From positions 372,001-436,000 of the forward strand of contig NC_027220.1 in NCBI RefSeq assembly GCF_000981445.1: 64,000 nt of DNA, read 5' to 3'. Within the stretch, counting starts at the first letter, position 1, and each line of letters opens with the position of its first letter. Shown one piece after another: positions 1 to 13,170 of this stretch. Below the pieces are notes generated by a model. It was not told where the DNA came from. It worked only from the letters and a program-made list of their open reading frames with translations, and searched no databases. The translations under genes were made by a program, and so were the position numbers. Origin of the DNA: Babesia bigemina. Its lineage: Eukaryota.

Positions 1-268
1 CCCAAACAAGTGAGAAGCACAACCTAGACATGATTGACACGGTCATCAGCATCGTCTGCTGCTGCTTGGAGAAACCCATGGTGGACTCGAAGAGCCTCAT
101 GCACAAGTACAACACCTGCTGCTCGTACCCCTCCGTGAAAGATACTAGGTGGTACAACACCTGACCAAAGGCACCATAGTCTTCAGTTTGTTTCGTTGCA
201 TCTTGTTTTGCAGCTTCCAATTCCACTTCTGAAGACGATTTAGGTGGTGAAAGCTGTGGTTCAGACAT
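1..268 (-). CDS. MFS transporter, N-terminal part (runs off the left end of the window)
   Basis: Manual translation from the ATG at 268 is open to base 1: MSEPQLSPPKSSSEVELEAAKQDATKQTEDYGAFGQVLYHLVSFTEGYEQQVLYLCMRLFESTMGFSKQQQTMLMTVSIMSRLCFSLVWG. The pattern fits MFS TM1-TM2 leading into the WG..AD motif A. Not in the ORF track. Confidence 0.7.
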   Translation of the reverse strand, partial: MSEPQLSPPKSSSEVELEAAKQDATKQTEDYGAFGQVLYHLVSFTEGYEQQVLYLCMRLFESTMGFSKQQQTMLMTVSIMSRLCFSLVW

Positions 269-1266
269 TGCTATCCCCTAACATTGGTTCAGTAACCGAT
301 TAATGACTTAAAAATCATGAACGCCTGAAGACGCGTAACATATGGATAAGAATGTGAACTACATTAGATAACATGTATGGCATTATATTTCATAGCGGAT
401 CAGTGCGATATAATGGCTCGGAATGGGATTAAGGGCAACATCACATGTGACCTGTAATCACATCCTGATCAACGACATCATGTACACATTACCTTGCACC
501 ACATAACAACACATAGACATTCACCTAAGGCTTATGGAAATACAGAAGGCATTTTAAATCGTGAATAAGGAAAATGAAAGGATAACTACTTATGAAAAGT
601 ATGCGGAATCCCAGTCTTATAACCACTCCGTTTGACGTCACAAAAATACATTTATCCCCACTGTCAAAACGTTTCAACTGGAAATGTCCGTGGCCAATGA
701 ATCTCTTAAGCTATTATATTACTGTATCTGGTAAACGAATCGGTGCGGCTGGAAGGTCGGCTCCGGCATCTCGATGAGTGCTGCGATAGGTAGGCATGTG
801 GAGATGGGCGATTCATTGCAGACTTAGTGAGCGCCACGAACTCGTGATTAGTCAGCGGCACTTTCAACAGTTGAGAAGTTGCAGAGATGCGCTGGGCATC
901 AGCCATTGTGGTATTTCAGGCGATCTAGTAAATTTGTTGCATCCACCTGATACGGCCTAAAGCGGCGCACATCGTGGTTTTAAAATGCGGGTCTCCAGAA
1001 TGCCCGTTGGGTGTACGGGCACTGAAGCATGTGACCTTGGAACAAGAATACGCCAGCTTGCGTTTTCAATACAAATCGTGTTACGCCAAGAACAGTGTAT
1101 GCCTTTAATGCGGCAAAAACGTAGTAGACGAAGATCGTATCCACAATTCTGGTCATCACCACATTTCATATATAAAAAATGCCCGTGATAATTCGTGATG
1201 CCAGCTGACTGGGAAACTGGGGTCAGCACGTGTATTGAACTGCTTCTACATCTCCTCCTATAACGC

Positions 1267-2022
1267 TCAATAGAAAGCCCAAAACCCGGCGATGTCGTAA
1301 ATTATTTCCAAGACATCCTTATCCACCTCGCTCAACGCCCGAGACATAAATGATACGGTAATATTACAGCGCCTTTTCGACCTCCTGTAACCAACGGCTC
1401 GCAATACCGTTTTCAAACGCCTCCTTGCCTTCTCATTTGCCTCGTTCTGAAGTGCGAGTCTGGTTACATACTTCAAGGAACGTAGTCCTGCGTACAACAT
1501 TGGTGCGATCCCAACGAGGACCACTGCACATGCTTCTGGGTCTTCTGCGCATGATGCCTCCCAAGTCGCGTCTGAACTGTAAGCAGACTTATATTGATCG
1601 GGGATTTTCATATGCTTCATGAACCTGTCACAACCGTACACAACGCGGCCTAAGTACAATCCCATGGCGTAAGGCTCCAAATGATTCTGCTGCACGATGT
1701 TGCAGCAATCGCTTTCTTGCCCATAAAAGAGCCGAAAGACAATTCCACTTCTGTTCATTGGTTCCTCAAATATCCTCAGTAATCCTTTCACGAATAGCTG
1801 TTTTTGAATAGGTTTGCGCTCCAGGAACTCTTTAGTGATAAGTTTAACCTCTTCGAGAGCTGGCAGCTCCATCTTGCCCACGGGCTTGTCCACGAGGAAT
1901 TTGTGAAGTGCCGCACCCATAGCCTTCAGGTGCCTTTCAGCATCACTTCCCCTCAGAGCTATCAGCCAGTCAATGCACTCCTTGAGATCGTGAGGAGCTT
2001 CAGTCAACGAAGTGTACACCAT
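1267..2022 (-). CDS. Short variant erythrocyte surface antigen (ves/VESA1 N-terminal-like, ves2-type) protein, 251 aa
   Basis: Starts MVYTSLTEAPHDLKECIDWLIALRG, the ves N-terminal signature. Also has YKSAYSSDATW...CAVVLVGIAPMLYAGLRSL and ends YDIAGFWAFY. Single exon, lacks the C-terminal TM module of full-length VESA1. Confidence 0.85.
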   Translation of the reverse strand: MVYTSLTEAPHDLKECIDWLIALRGSDAERHLKAMGAALHKFLVDKPVGKMELPALEEVKLITKEFLERKPIQKQLFVKGLLRIFEEPMNRSGIVFRLFYGQESDCCNIVQQNHLEPYAMGLYLGRVVYGCDRFMKHMKIPDQYKSAYSSDATWEASCAEDPEACAVVLVGIAPMLYAGLRSLKYVTRLALQNEANEKARRRLKTVLRAVGYRRSKRRCNITVSFMSRALSEVDKDVLEIIYDIAGFWAFY

Positions 2023-3937
2023 TTTGAAAAGAGTCTTTGGATTGACTGACTTCTATAAAAGCGTGAATTGTTTGGGCATTTGTATGGCAGTATACAGTAA
2101 AGGTCGCGTATTTAAACTCCTATGTCCTAATGGCGGAGCAGCACAGCGCAGATGCTGTTGCCTTCTAATACGATTGCGCTTTATCGTTATCGGCAAATAC
2201 GCATACACACCAAATAGTGAAATACCGGAGATTCGATTATAACCGTGATATCGTATCGCAGCAATGTCTACAAAAGATTAACATGGCATGCTGTGAGCAG
2301 AACGCGAGTCATGGTCTATACACAATTCAGACAGCAATCGCACGGACGAAAGGTAGAGGTTGTACTAATTTATAAACGGCTTCGAGGTTTTAAATCTTGT
2401 CATAAGTTGTTCGGGGTGTCGTACAAATCATAAATCATCCCACGTGGCCTATACTTTATGAACACATCAGTCACATAATGAAGCATACCAATGCTTTTGG
2501 CACTGTATTTGCCAAATTACATCACGATTTACTGTTATGAGTGATTGTAGTAGCTTTTGTTTCGAGTGCTTCTCGACGGATAACAGCTGCCCATTACAAC
2601 ATAACTTCATTTGACTTGCAATACGCGTATGCTCTCAGCCGGTATCACGGCAGCTTTTACAATACATCCCACAATCATATTCAGTGCTATTGTCTCTGCT
2701 AGTACCACGCCGTGTTAGTTTATGTACCTATGGTATTTAGGGTTTGAACCTGTGCTACTATTTAACCTCTAATAACCATGCCTTAATCTGCATGTTATGC
2801 TAATCAGGCTGTCTGCTATACTTTGTGTCAAACAGCTTAACTAAATCTTTAATTTAGTCATCGACATCGGGATTCCTGAACTGTGGTTGATTCCGTTCTG
2901 TCAGCGGTGCCTTCCGGCAGTGGAGATTAGTTTGCCTTTCAAAAGGGGGTGACTACGCCGCCTCATTTCATTTATCGTTTGCCGTTAGTTCCGCATATTG
3001 ATAATGCCAAATATGTTCGTTAAGGCAACTGTATATCGGCACATATTCTTCAGTGTCTGGATCCTTCTATATAAGAATGGCTCCTTTGTGCGAATCTATA
3101 GTCACATTGACAAGTAATGAGATGCGTGAATAGCCGTTCCAAACACAAATGCCATCATACGTACCAGCTATTGCATCTCCGTGTGATATCCTAATAATCT
3201 TTCATCCATGTGAGATATGGATAACAGTACAATGAAATTCATAAACACATATTGGCAACCACATCGGTTAGGCATTTAGATTGTTTGCAACGCTCGAATA
3301 GTCAGAATGACGGGCACATGGGATGAGCAACCTTGTACCCACGAGTAGTTTAATGCACTTTTTGGATATGGTGTTTAACCAACTATATTTTGATGATCTC
3401 TACCAGTCACCAACTCTAACTCACTGGGTGGCGACAACATATGAGAGAAGGAAGTACTGGGCGCCTCGGTGACTTACAGCGTACGAACGCTCTTAATAAC
3501 GGTTCGAATGTAACTTAACCCTAGACTATTGGGGTACACGTTCGCAAACACTGATTCTAGCGTGATGTGCCGGGCATGTTATTAGAGTGTTGGAGATAGG
3601 AAGCTATCAACGTTGCTAATATTGGGATTACGGGCGAAGACAGCTCGGTGTATGAGACACATAATTTGTTCATCGAGTGCTTCTGCCGATTGCTCGAATC
3701 ACTCGTCCCGTAAGGTCATTTATGTTTTACAATAGTCAGTTGATGCTTTTCGTGCAATATTAGCCTACAAGGTGCAGCTATATGGCCCATTAAGTTGCAT
3801 GAAAAGCGACGCTAGCCGTACTCAGCTAGTTACATCGCCGTCGAAAAATTAGACCACGACCATTTATATGTGTTTAACGATAACCGGAATATTATAATAA
3901 GTGTCGACTATTCCGCAGTTCACTATTCGATGAGAGG

Positions 3938-4974
3938 TCACTTCGAGGACACAAGGTTGCAGACGTGTTTTTGCTTGGACAGTTCCTCTTCTAGCAGGTA
4001 TATCTCTTGATTGACGTTCTCTAGCCGACGGACCTCAGCATCTGTGAGTTTTCTTGAGGTGCCTATACGTTGCAGTTTGTCTCTGAAATTATAGTTGCGC
4101 TGCAACTCATGCTGTATGTCCGTAATTTCAGACACTTTGAAATCTTCTTGCATATGTTTGTGCAACTCTTTCGACAAAGATTTGGCTTTGTTCAAGAGAA
4201 AGGGGTTGTTTAGACGAAACTCCTTTAACGGCTGACCAGCATCAGAAGCCTATAGAAGAAATGGCGATCGTTATATATAGTAACTTACTGCTTCGCCATT
4301 TACCTCTTCAAGCTGCTGCTTAATTTTGATCTCCAGCTGGTCATCACCTTTCATACGACTATCCAAGACTAAGGCCTCTAAAAGTTCAGCGAACTCCTGC
4401 AAAGAGCAACCGCTGACCATGCGATGTTCCCGTGACTCCCCCACACCGGCTGCTATAAATCTATCGACTATAGGGTCATCAGTAGCTATTTCCACTGTTT
4501 CTAGAAACATAAGAGCGTCGCTTCTCCTGAAACCATTCTCCTTCGTTAGATCGAATTTGATGAAATAAGTAGATAGGCTGCGCAAAACATCAGGTTGCAG
4601 ACATACGTTATACTGCGAATTTAGTAGGGCAGAAACTCGTACAGGAAGCGAGTTGCCATATAACAATCCATTCCAGTGTAAGGAAAACTTTCTTCTACAT
4701 TTGTCCAACTGGAATCCTGCACGAATGTAACTACAAAACCCGGAGTATAATTACCTGAGCTGATTACCACGTATGCTCCATATGCCGATACGACAACGCC
4801 TGCCAGACAAGCTGACAGCTTTAACTGCCAAATCAGCACTATTTTGCGATCGGATACTTCAGACGACTCGGCAGGAGCACTAGACATTTTCCTCTGGAAG
4901 AGTCGGCGACATGCCGGTGCCCGTACACATCGCCATCGTAAGCCATGAACAATCGATGCTTTTGAAATGATCAT
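3938..4974 (-). CDS. Hypothetical protein, probably mitochondrial single-pass membrane protein (about 3 exons)
   Basis: ORFs 4621-4974, 4271-4708 and 3938-4195 are consecutive on the minus strand with short intron-like gaps. Arg-rich, acid-free N-terminus (GLRWRCVRAPACRRLFQRKMSS), one hydrophobic segment (LSACLAGVVVSAYGAYVVI) and a coiled-coil C-terminus. Confidence 0.65.
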
Positions 4975-5197
4975 CGTTCTGTTAAGATTCTACGCCGCGG
5001 ACGCGAGCGTTTTTAGCTACAGGCCTAGCCACGACATAGACAAGGCTAGTGGCTAATCACATGATACAGACATCGTTAGAATTCTACCTTCATAGTAATA
5101 TATTATTGGATTGCCATACTTTAGGATGTTGCCATTACTACCGCTTGGTTTACCTGTCTATATTCCGACGCACGACACGCCGAGTAGCGTGCTACCC

Positions 5198-8100
5198 ATG
5201 AATCTATACGGGAATCTGCCGCCTGCCGTAACCCCGCCATTTATAGACACCGTTTATAATAGTCCTAAATGATTCTGAGATTAAGGTGTTACAGAAAAGG
5301 CGCGACAGCTTATTGACAACAACGTCCGTTGTCGTTTGCGCTTTACACACGATTTTCAAATGCGAGGGAATATAAGGTATAATCATAAGGTCGAGAAGCA
5401 ATCAATGTTACTGGTTCGTTCCAATATTTGGAGAAGGTTTGTCTGAGCTTTATGCTCGTTTTGTGAAGTTGTTTGGTCCAACGCATATATATGTAACCGT
5501 TCGAAGTGTTTATCCCAGTTTTTACCACAACGGGCGCATCCGTACAGAACGTAGATGTGAATTTGGTTTTATGGTAAAGGGCGTCGCGTCTGATAGTGGC
5601 GAGGCGTCATCGGCCTCTTCCCTAAGCTCAGAAGAGTTGATCCGGTGTGTTGCTAGTTTGTAGGATTCCTGGACCACCACCCTGCATCAACTGAGGATGA
5701 ATGTTCGCACGGACAAATGGATTTTTACGTGAGAAACAATGATTACTACACAGCATACCCCAAGAAGGCTCCAAACGCAGAGATTGGTTAGTAAGAGGAT
5801 CATTGCCCTGGAGCCGTATAAGTCCACTACCGCAGCAGAGTACGTCGAGACGTGTGATGGTAGTCTGGAATCTGGTGCTTCTTTTGATGACCGTTGCAAA
5901 TTTCGCGTATCCCTTGATCAGGTACGTGGCCCCCTCGTCACATCAGCATGGTGCAGGTTTGCTGTATTCATTCTCGTTCTTTATCCCTTGATCAAGCAAT
6001 CCCGACACCGAGAGCCGCTCTGAAGCATGTGAGAAAACACAACACGCTCTTTCGTTGGGCCAGATCGTACCATGGTAATGTACGAGAATCCGTAGCCAAT
6101 GAAATTGCCAACGTGTGTTGTACCAAGAACCGAGTAAAAATGACGTTAAAAACCCTGACATGCGCGGTACGTAATCGCCGTATTCATACGGCTAAACGCG
6201 AAGCGGATGCATTTGCTGTCAAGGTTTTGTTGATGCGTTGGTGTGCCATCGCATCGCAGTCCGCTACTGAGCGTTACAGCAATGCCTCCGCGGCCATTTT
6301 CTATCAGACCTCACTTGCTTCCCGCATGTTTCGTTCGTTCAAGTTGTTGACGCAACGTAAAAAGGAATGCAATCGCTTAATACCCCGCATGGCAGAGTTG
6401 ATAGAGACATCCCTCGTCGCTCAGTGCATAAACCCGTGGCGACACTACACCAAGCAAAAGAAGTATGCGGATGCTTGTAGCAAGGAAATCGCATGTTTGC
6501 GTGACGAGAATATCAAAGGGGCAGCGATCGTCTCTTGGCAGGCTGCTCATAGGTACCGATTGGGCTCGGTGCAGATGGAGGCATCATGCCGGAGTTTTGT
6601 CTTGCGATTAGCATGGGAACGCATCAAGTCATTGCATAGAGACTCAGTACAGGTAAGTATATGGAAATTTGTCTTATCAATGTTGAATCAGAAAGAAGCT
6701 CTTGTACAACATGCCGTCCTGCGTGATGCGGTGTCGACAGCATTCGATTGCTGGCACTCTGCGGCCAAAGAGAAACAAGCCGCCCAATACCGCTCTTTTG
6801 TACTTAAATACAGATCCTTCAGTGCCTTGTGAGTTTTCATGGCAATTAAACTTTAACGCTAATCACAGGAGGCAAAACACTGAACGCAGCAATGAGCCAC
6901 CAATACCCTCGCCAACATCGGATCCCTCCGAGAACGATATTCCAGTCCATAGTACTATCAAGAATACAATAAAGTCCGCTCTGCAACACAAGCGTGATAT
7001 CATAACGGCTGCAGGGCTTTTGACAAAGGCTATGCATAAAGAATTGAAACGCGCATCACTGAGGGCGTTATGCGAAAACTCTAATCGCGTTGCAAAAGAG
7101 ACAATTAAAACGCAGCTCGTCGCCTATATTCGCAAAAAACACATCGCAAAACGTACCCTTGTGAGTTGGAAGATGTACAGTGAGATGAGAAAGAAGAAGT
7201 CTAGCATGAAACATCTCGCGGACCTCAATTACAGAGGATATCTTGTATCGCACTTTTTCGACTATCTACGGAGTATCTATCTAGAAAACATCGAGGAATT
7301 CCATAAATCGCTAAGTCTATTCAAAACTCAGCAGAGGAAGCACCATCACCGTGCATGGTTTCGGGCCTTTCTAGTCGCAGTGGAGCGTTCTCGGTCTCTG
7401 AAAACCGCTAGAAGTATGTTTGACGTGTGAAACCGCTTATGATGTTTTAGGTCTCATAGAAGCCTCTCAAAAGGCTCAAACACTACATTGGGCGTGGAGG
7501 AGTCTTGAAGAACGTTGCGACAATAATATGATGCGGAAGCTTCAGTGCATTGCTAGAATTGGATCTATCAAACTCGATGAATCTCTAGGAGATCCGCATA
7601 TGTGGTTAAGGACTTTGCGGGAGGTGAAACTTCGTAAATCACACGACGTGAAAGGTCTTTGTCATAGTCTCAGGGAACAACATCTAGGGCCAAACATTGT
7701 GTCAGTTCTCACCCAGCCGCTGCGTAGCGAGTGCGTAGTGTTCCTGCATTATCTGTCTGGTCTAAAAACGCGGGCTTTCGAGATGATCGAAAGATTGGAT
7801 ATGTCCGCGGATGATGCTGTAGTCCGTGTATGCAGTACGCTCACGCCCACTGAACTGGGTGAATTGCATTCCACGTATGCATATCAACTGTATGTTATGA
7901 GGTTAGAAGGATTTCCGCAATTGAATTCTTTACCCGAGTCGTGTAACACCGAGCACTCGAAGCAGTCGACAAAGGCATTATCGCCACACTTTGGAAGCAA
8001 TTTGAAGTTATGTGGCGTACTGGAACCTGATTATGGTGTAGTAAATGGCTTAAGTGAATCGGTATGTGGAAAGGTGCCTATAGATTTACAACGAGACGCA

Positions 8101-10122
8101 ACCAGTAGCCCGCACAGCAATTACGGAGGCTCTATGCGTGACATACCAGAGTGGTCAGTGGATTTGCTACAGCATTTGACAGCAAACAAGCTGTTAGGAA
8201 TCTGTGACATGCGATCGCAAAGGTGCACCACTTTTGATGTATTGAATTCCAGGCTGCCCGTCTGGCGTTTGTTGCTCACTGTGTTCGCTCAAGCTCGTTG
8301 CGCTTCCACCTTCCAGGCGTGGAAAAGGATTAGTGCAGAGAGGAGCTCTCGCCGCGCTAAACTGTCAGAAGTACGCAATAGTGTTGAGGGGATCTTTAAA
8401 ATGTCCACCCGTTGTGAATGCTTCACACGTTGGCTGGAAGTGACACGAAAGTGCCACGAACAGAGGGTAGCTGAGTTAAACGAACGCTGCACCACATTCA
8501 CATCTATATTTAGTTGTCTGGTGTATAAATCGGTCAGCATAGTCTTTATACGACTTCACCTTGCGCGTCTCATGGCCATTTACACCGGAGCGGAGCGAAT
8601 GCGCCATATGAAGTTTCTCTCAAAAGCCGTTGTGTTCTCGTGTCGTGATGGCGATGCATGCGCAGAAATATCGGTATTTCGTTCGTATACAGTCCTAGGC
8701 AGGCTCTTCTGCTATTGGAAAATGCTCACGCAGTGGCGTGCCGAGGTAACCTCCCAAACGGACGCATTTTACCGGGATCTATTTATGAGGAAGGGCTGGA
8801 GAACAATTCAATCTGTGTTCATTGAACGTTGCAATAGTCGCACAGAGTTGGAATCTTCATTAAAAGAGGAGATCACAGTGCGGCGCTTGGGTAATGCGTT
8901 TGATTTATGGTGTAAGACTACTCGCTGCAAGAAGGCATTAAGTTCGTTTTCACCTTCCGAAGATGTTGTGTTGCAAAGGTGCTTCAATGGCTGGAAGGCA
9001 CATGTGCGTAATAACATCAGGCTGGATAACATCTCCGAGATTATCCGAAAAAGGGTTGAAACATCGCTCTTAGGTATCGCATTGGAAGGCATGCTAGAGC
9101 ACTACTTTAGGCGCTGTTCACTTGCCTCCATGCGTTCACGTGTAATTGCTGCTTCCTCCAAGCGAGCGTTATGTGCCGCATTCACAACTTGGAAGGACGC
9201 CACGCAGAGGAGCGCAAGGCTTTCTGCACTGCACTACGAAATCAAGAGGCGCAGAGATAACATAGAACAGGAGTACGTCTTCAGTATTATGTACCGATTC
9301 AGCCTTGTGAAACGCAATGATTCTAACCGTTTGAAGCGTCAATACTTCGAATACGTAGTTATATCTGCGGCCACCCGTAAGATGTCTCGGACGATAGAAC
9401 AGCACTGGACGACCACCCAGAATGCTATTTGTCGCAGGTTCTTTGAACTACAACGCATTATGAAAAAGTCAGAACAGGCTTTAAGTAAGATCTCTGCGGA
9501 CAAAAGTCGGCTTTATGTGGCTCTGATGGCACTGTCGTCGCTGAAGGAAACACGCATTGTTGCCGGACTCAAGGCGCTGCAGCAGAATGTTCACTATAAC
9601 ATCGCAATGAAGACCATTCAGCAAATGCGCGATCGCGCTGTGTCTCAACGTATATTCACGTGTTGGAGAAAATGTGTTTCGTTCAACTTGCGTTCTATCG
9701 CTTCTTCTAAGGTTGGCCATCGTCAGTTGGTAGAGCCTAAAATCTTGGGAAAGTATAGTGAGGGCGGCGCCATCGAATTAAATGCCAGTGGTGGGGATAC
9801 ATTGACTGCCGATGCTATGGGGAGATATTGCCTTGTTTTGGCGTGTTTCAAACACTGGCGAAATACAACACTTATGCTGCCTGGCCGCAACGCTGTTGCG
9901 ATTGTTGAGGAATTCACAGCCCACAACCGCATGGTAGACGGTATATACTTGTTGAAACTACACGCGCTCACTTCCCTTTGGTATCGCACGTGCAAAGCAC
10001 GACTGGAAGTGTTAGTAGGTTCTATGGAGGACAGAATGAAGTGGTCAATGTTCCACCAGTGGCGGATGGCTGCCAAGAAAAGGATGACTGTCAACAGTCA
10101 GGAGTTCCCATTTATTGGGTGA
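5198..10122 (+). CDS. Sfi1-like (centrin-binding repeat) protein, multi-exon; 5' end uncertain (about 5.06-5.7 kb)
   Basis: ORFs 5948-6832, 6702-7430 and 7420-10122 join in frame through GT-AG introns at about 6829-6868 and 7414-7450. Many F/L-x-x-W-K/R helical repeats: STFQAWKR, ECFTRWLE, RLFCYWKM, NAFDLWCK, RCFNGWKA, AAFTTWKD, RIFTCWRK, ACFKHWRN, SMFHQWRM. Confidence 0.7.
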
Positions 10123-11602
10123 ATCCTGTGAAAACTCGCTGAAAGGAAGCATGCTTGTACTTAAACCCTTAAGCGCCACATGTGCAACTGCGAAAAAACA
10201 TGTAAAATATATCACCGTATAACCAGCTATTTATGTTATAGTTCTAACATAATATTCGTACATTCACACATGGACGTTGCTAGTATCACAATCGGGTTAG
10301 AAGGTCATATTATAATATGAAGGCTCCGTCCCTTCCAACTGGCGTGGGCGTGCATTTATGGGTGTTGCTTAAGTTATGTGTAACCTTTAAACAGCATGAT
10401 ATATCGTCTCTGATACGCTATTTCAGCCGAATACAACTATTCTTTGCCGATTATACATGAGTTGCATGAATCGGGAAATGCCTAGCGCACCACATCTCTC
10501 TTACGAAATAGACACCAACAACTGCTACTACAACAAGTCGTATAGTAGTGGCTGTATTTATTAGTTACTTGAAGACGAAATGCCCATATTCCGGTGCTGT
10601 GCATGTAAATGTCATAAAATGGAGCCTTATTCAACTACACCTTGCACCGCCGTCTACGAGATGGTGAATCTCAGTGTGCAATTAACATTCGAACCACAGT
10701 GCTCGTTGACTATTGCCATCCCAATATGTGCTAAATCCTCTAATAAAGGTCTGGTTCAACCCATTTGACAGTAGACATGAAGCTGGTGCTGACATGCCGC
10801 CAATTTCATTATGTCGCTAGTTAACAGCACAACATACTATTTCGTGTCTTAATCAGAGGATTTTGTTTTGTTAATGATCCAAAGAGTGATAAAATATGGC
10901 GTGTGTAATTGTTCGTTTGACCCCTTGGCGGAGAATCAAATCGGTATAAAAATCGATTACTCGCCACTCACAATTAGCTCGAAGCAACTAGCTGACAACA
11001 TACGGTGGACCACACGTGAATTGGCTAAGATTTGCGACCCCATCACTGCCTCTTGCCGATGCCTCCCAGATATGCAGCGAACATCGACTAACATCAAGCT
11101 GAGAGAGCCCTTGAGGGCCCTGAAATAACGTGGTTACTGGGTAGTGTATTATAATTACGCACCGATCTTCCACTAACAGTATGGCACAGATGCAAATAAC
11201 AATAGAATCCACCTATGGGATGGACACGAGGAGTAGTCAGAGATAGTATATTGCAGGTATTTCACTCGATACTATGCGAAAAAACGGTTCCCCATATAAT
11301 GAGAGTCATTTAAAATTATTGGCGCTCGTTATGCATTGACTAACGTATATCCGACGCTGAGTGGCAGGCACTAGTGCAGAACGTAAATGGCTTTTTTCTA
11401 CGCGGGATTCCTAGTCACGACGTAATGCATTTGCAACTGCAGCATTAACAAGCCCATGTCAGAAATTACTCGACCGGGTATTTAGGGGAGAAATGCATGA
11501 AACAGATATTGCACCTGGTGGTGCTGGGCCCGCCTCTGCTATGCAGCTTGTACCAGGCACAGCTCTAATAAACTAAGGGTTTGAATACAAATTGTAACTT
11601 CA

Positions 11603-12988
11603 TTAAGCTGGTAATTTCACGATTGAAACTACAAATATACCATCGGTATCAGGCGACAAGGGACTAAATCTTACGCAAACGGGTGAGCTATGATTGGCGC
11701 ACCTACTAGTTTCACTGCACACCTCACGATTAGGAAGGTAACGAGAAGAACAATGGTTCCGTATTTTATCTTCCGTGGAGGTAGCCGGCCACGCGTCTGG
11801 CCTATCACAAACCGATGAACAGCAATCGCACTGCAGCAAGGGTAGCTGCCGCAACTGTACGTTGTCAAATTCCTCGATCACGCTTGCAACCAGAATCTCA
11901 TTCTGCTCATCGTGCAAAGAGCAAGTACTGTAAACGACAATACCGCCGGGACGTACCAACCTAATAGCGTGTCTAAGCAGCTCTCGTTGGTTTGAGATTA
12001 CAGTTTTCGCATGTTCCTCAGTAAATCGGCTCTCCAACGAGTGCAAGCCCCAGTACTTCAAAGTGCGTACGACCGATCTTAATGATCCCTCATGGGTACA
12101 TTCAGCATCCACTATAACACGATCGAATCGCTCTATCATGGATTCGCCCTCAAATTCGGTGAAACTCTGTCCACTGCAGTTCAGCAAATGAACGTCGATG
12201 TTGCTTGGTGCGTTCTCCTTTTTTAGAAGAGAGGCGCACACATCTAGCCGCCTTTTGACAATATCTAGACCGATAATCTTGCAGTTAATTTTGTCTCCCC
12301 AAAGACGTTTTACGGTGCTCACCGTTCCGAGGAGCTTACCGCCTGGAGCGCAGCAAATATCCAAAATCCACTTGCATTCATTCTCCTGCCGAAGTTCCGA
12401 TAGCCTCAAAGCATCTATTATTGATGCACTCGCCGCATCTAGCCCGATGGAACCTTCAGGTATCTTCGAATAGCACTCGTAAAGTTCGATGTCACGAAGC
12501 CACCTCACATGCGAATGACGCGGGGTATGTTGCTTTGTATGGGCGTTGCTGCACCTTGAATCGCCATCTAACGTACTATCGCTGCCGTTTGCTAGGGCTT
12601 CACTGGAATTCGATGCCAATGAGCTCTCGACAATCGTATCTTTATGTGTATGAGATGGAGCAGAATCAACGTCTTCGGGGACACTCAATTCCCTGGACGT
12701 GCGTTTTGATACACCCGAAACCTCACACGATGGTTCTGGGTCCGATAACATGCGATAATACCTCTTCTTTAATCCTTTAGCCACCTGGTAAAGCGCTCGC
12801 TGGTATTGCTCAGCGTTTACACCGATGTGTGCCAACCACGCTATTACAGCTGTCGGAAGGACAACAGAATCCCCATTAAACTCGAGCTGCGGTGCAGGGT
12901 CGTTTCGTTTGCGCCTTTTACCGGCAGATTCTTCAACGCGATGGGCTGCAAGTTCTGTTGCCTGCACATCATCGGCTCGGTTACACAT
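11603..12988 (-). CDS. NOL1/NOP2/Sun (RsmB/NSUN) family RNA m5C methyltransferase
   Basis: Motif I ILDICCAPGGK, motif IV FDRVIVDAECTHEG, and motif VI PGGIVVYSTCS followed by L..EQNE..V. Confidence 0.9.
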   Translation of the reverse strand: MCNRADDVQATELAAHRVEESAGKRRKRNDPAPQLEFNGDSVVLPTAVIAWLAHIGVNAEQYQRALYQVAKGLKKRYYRMLSDPEPSCEVSGVSKRTSRELSVPEDVDSAPSHTHKDTIVESSLASNSSEALANGSDSTLDGDSRCSNAHTKQHTPRHSHVRWLRDIELYECYSKIPEGSIGLDAASASIIDALRLSELRQENECKWILDICCAPGGKLLGTVSTVKRLWGDKINCKIIGLDIVKRRLDVCASLLKKENAPSNIDVHLLNCSGQSFTEFEGESMIERFDRVIVDAECTHEGSLRSVVRTLKYWGLHSLESRFTEEHAKTVISNQRELLRHAIRLVRPGGIVVYSTCSLHDEQNEILVASVIEEFDNVQLRQLPLLQCDCCSSVCDRPDAWPATSTEDKIRNHCSSRYLPNREVCSETSRCANHSSPVCVRFSPLSPDTDGIFVVSIVKLPA

Positions 12989-13170
12989 AGCGCTATAGCA
13001 ACGAACGCGAAGCGCAAAAATGCTACTATTTTAAATGTGCATTGATGAAAACAAAAATCTTTTTATGGGCGCTGTCTATCTGCGTAACACATCTTGGGGC
13101 ATGACACACCTTTTCTCCGCGCTCATATCACGAAAACAGCATTGTGGTACAAATTTGTGCTTAAAATGAA

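Noticed and set aside
700..1165. Minus-strand frame with a signal-like start (MTRIVDTIFVYYVFAALKAYTVLG) and CP...W.P...Y.V, faintly like the 6-Cys protein N-terminus
   Set aside because: Interrupted by stops and the similarity is too weak to call. A TBLASTN with the 26338-29274 protein would decide.
2736..2746. TTTAGGGTTT telomere-like word
   Set aside because: Single unit with no tandem array; expected by chance.
2700..3715. Protein-like fragments with stops on both strands (e.g. GITGEDSSVYETHNLFIECFCRLLESL)
   Set aside because: May be decayed coding sequence, but no family could be recognised.
10868..11128. 86-aa ORF in the spacer between the Sfi1-like and NSUN genes
   Set aside because: No recognisable motif or splice support.
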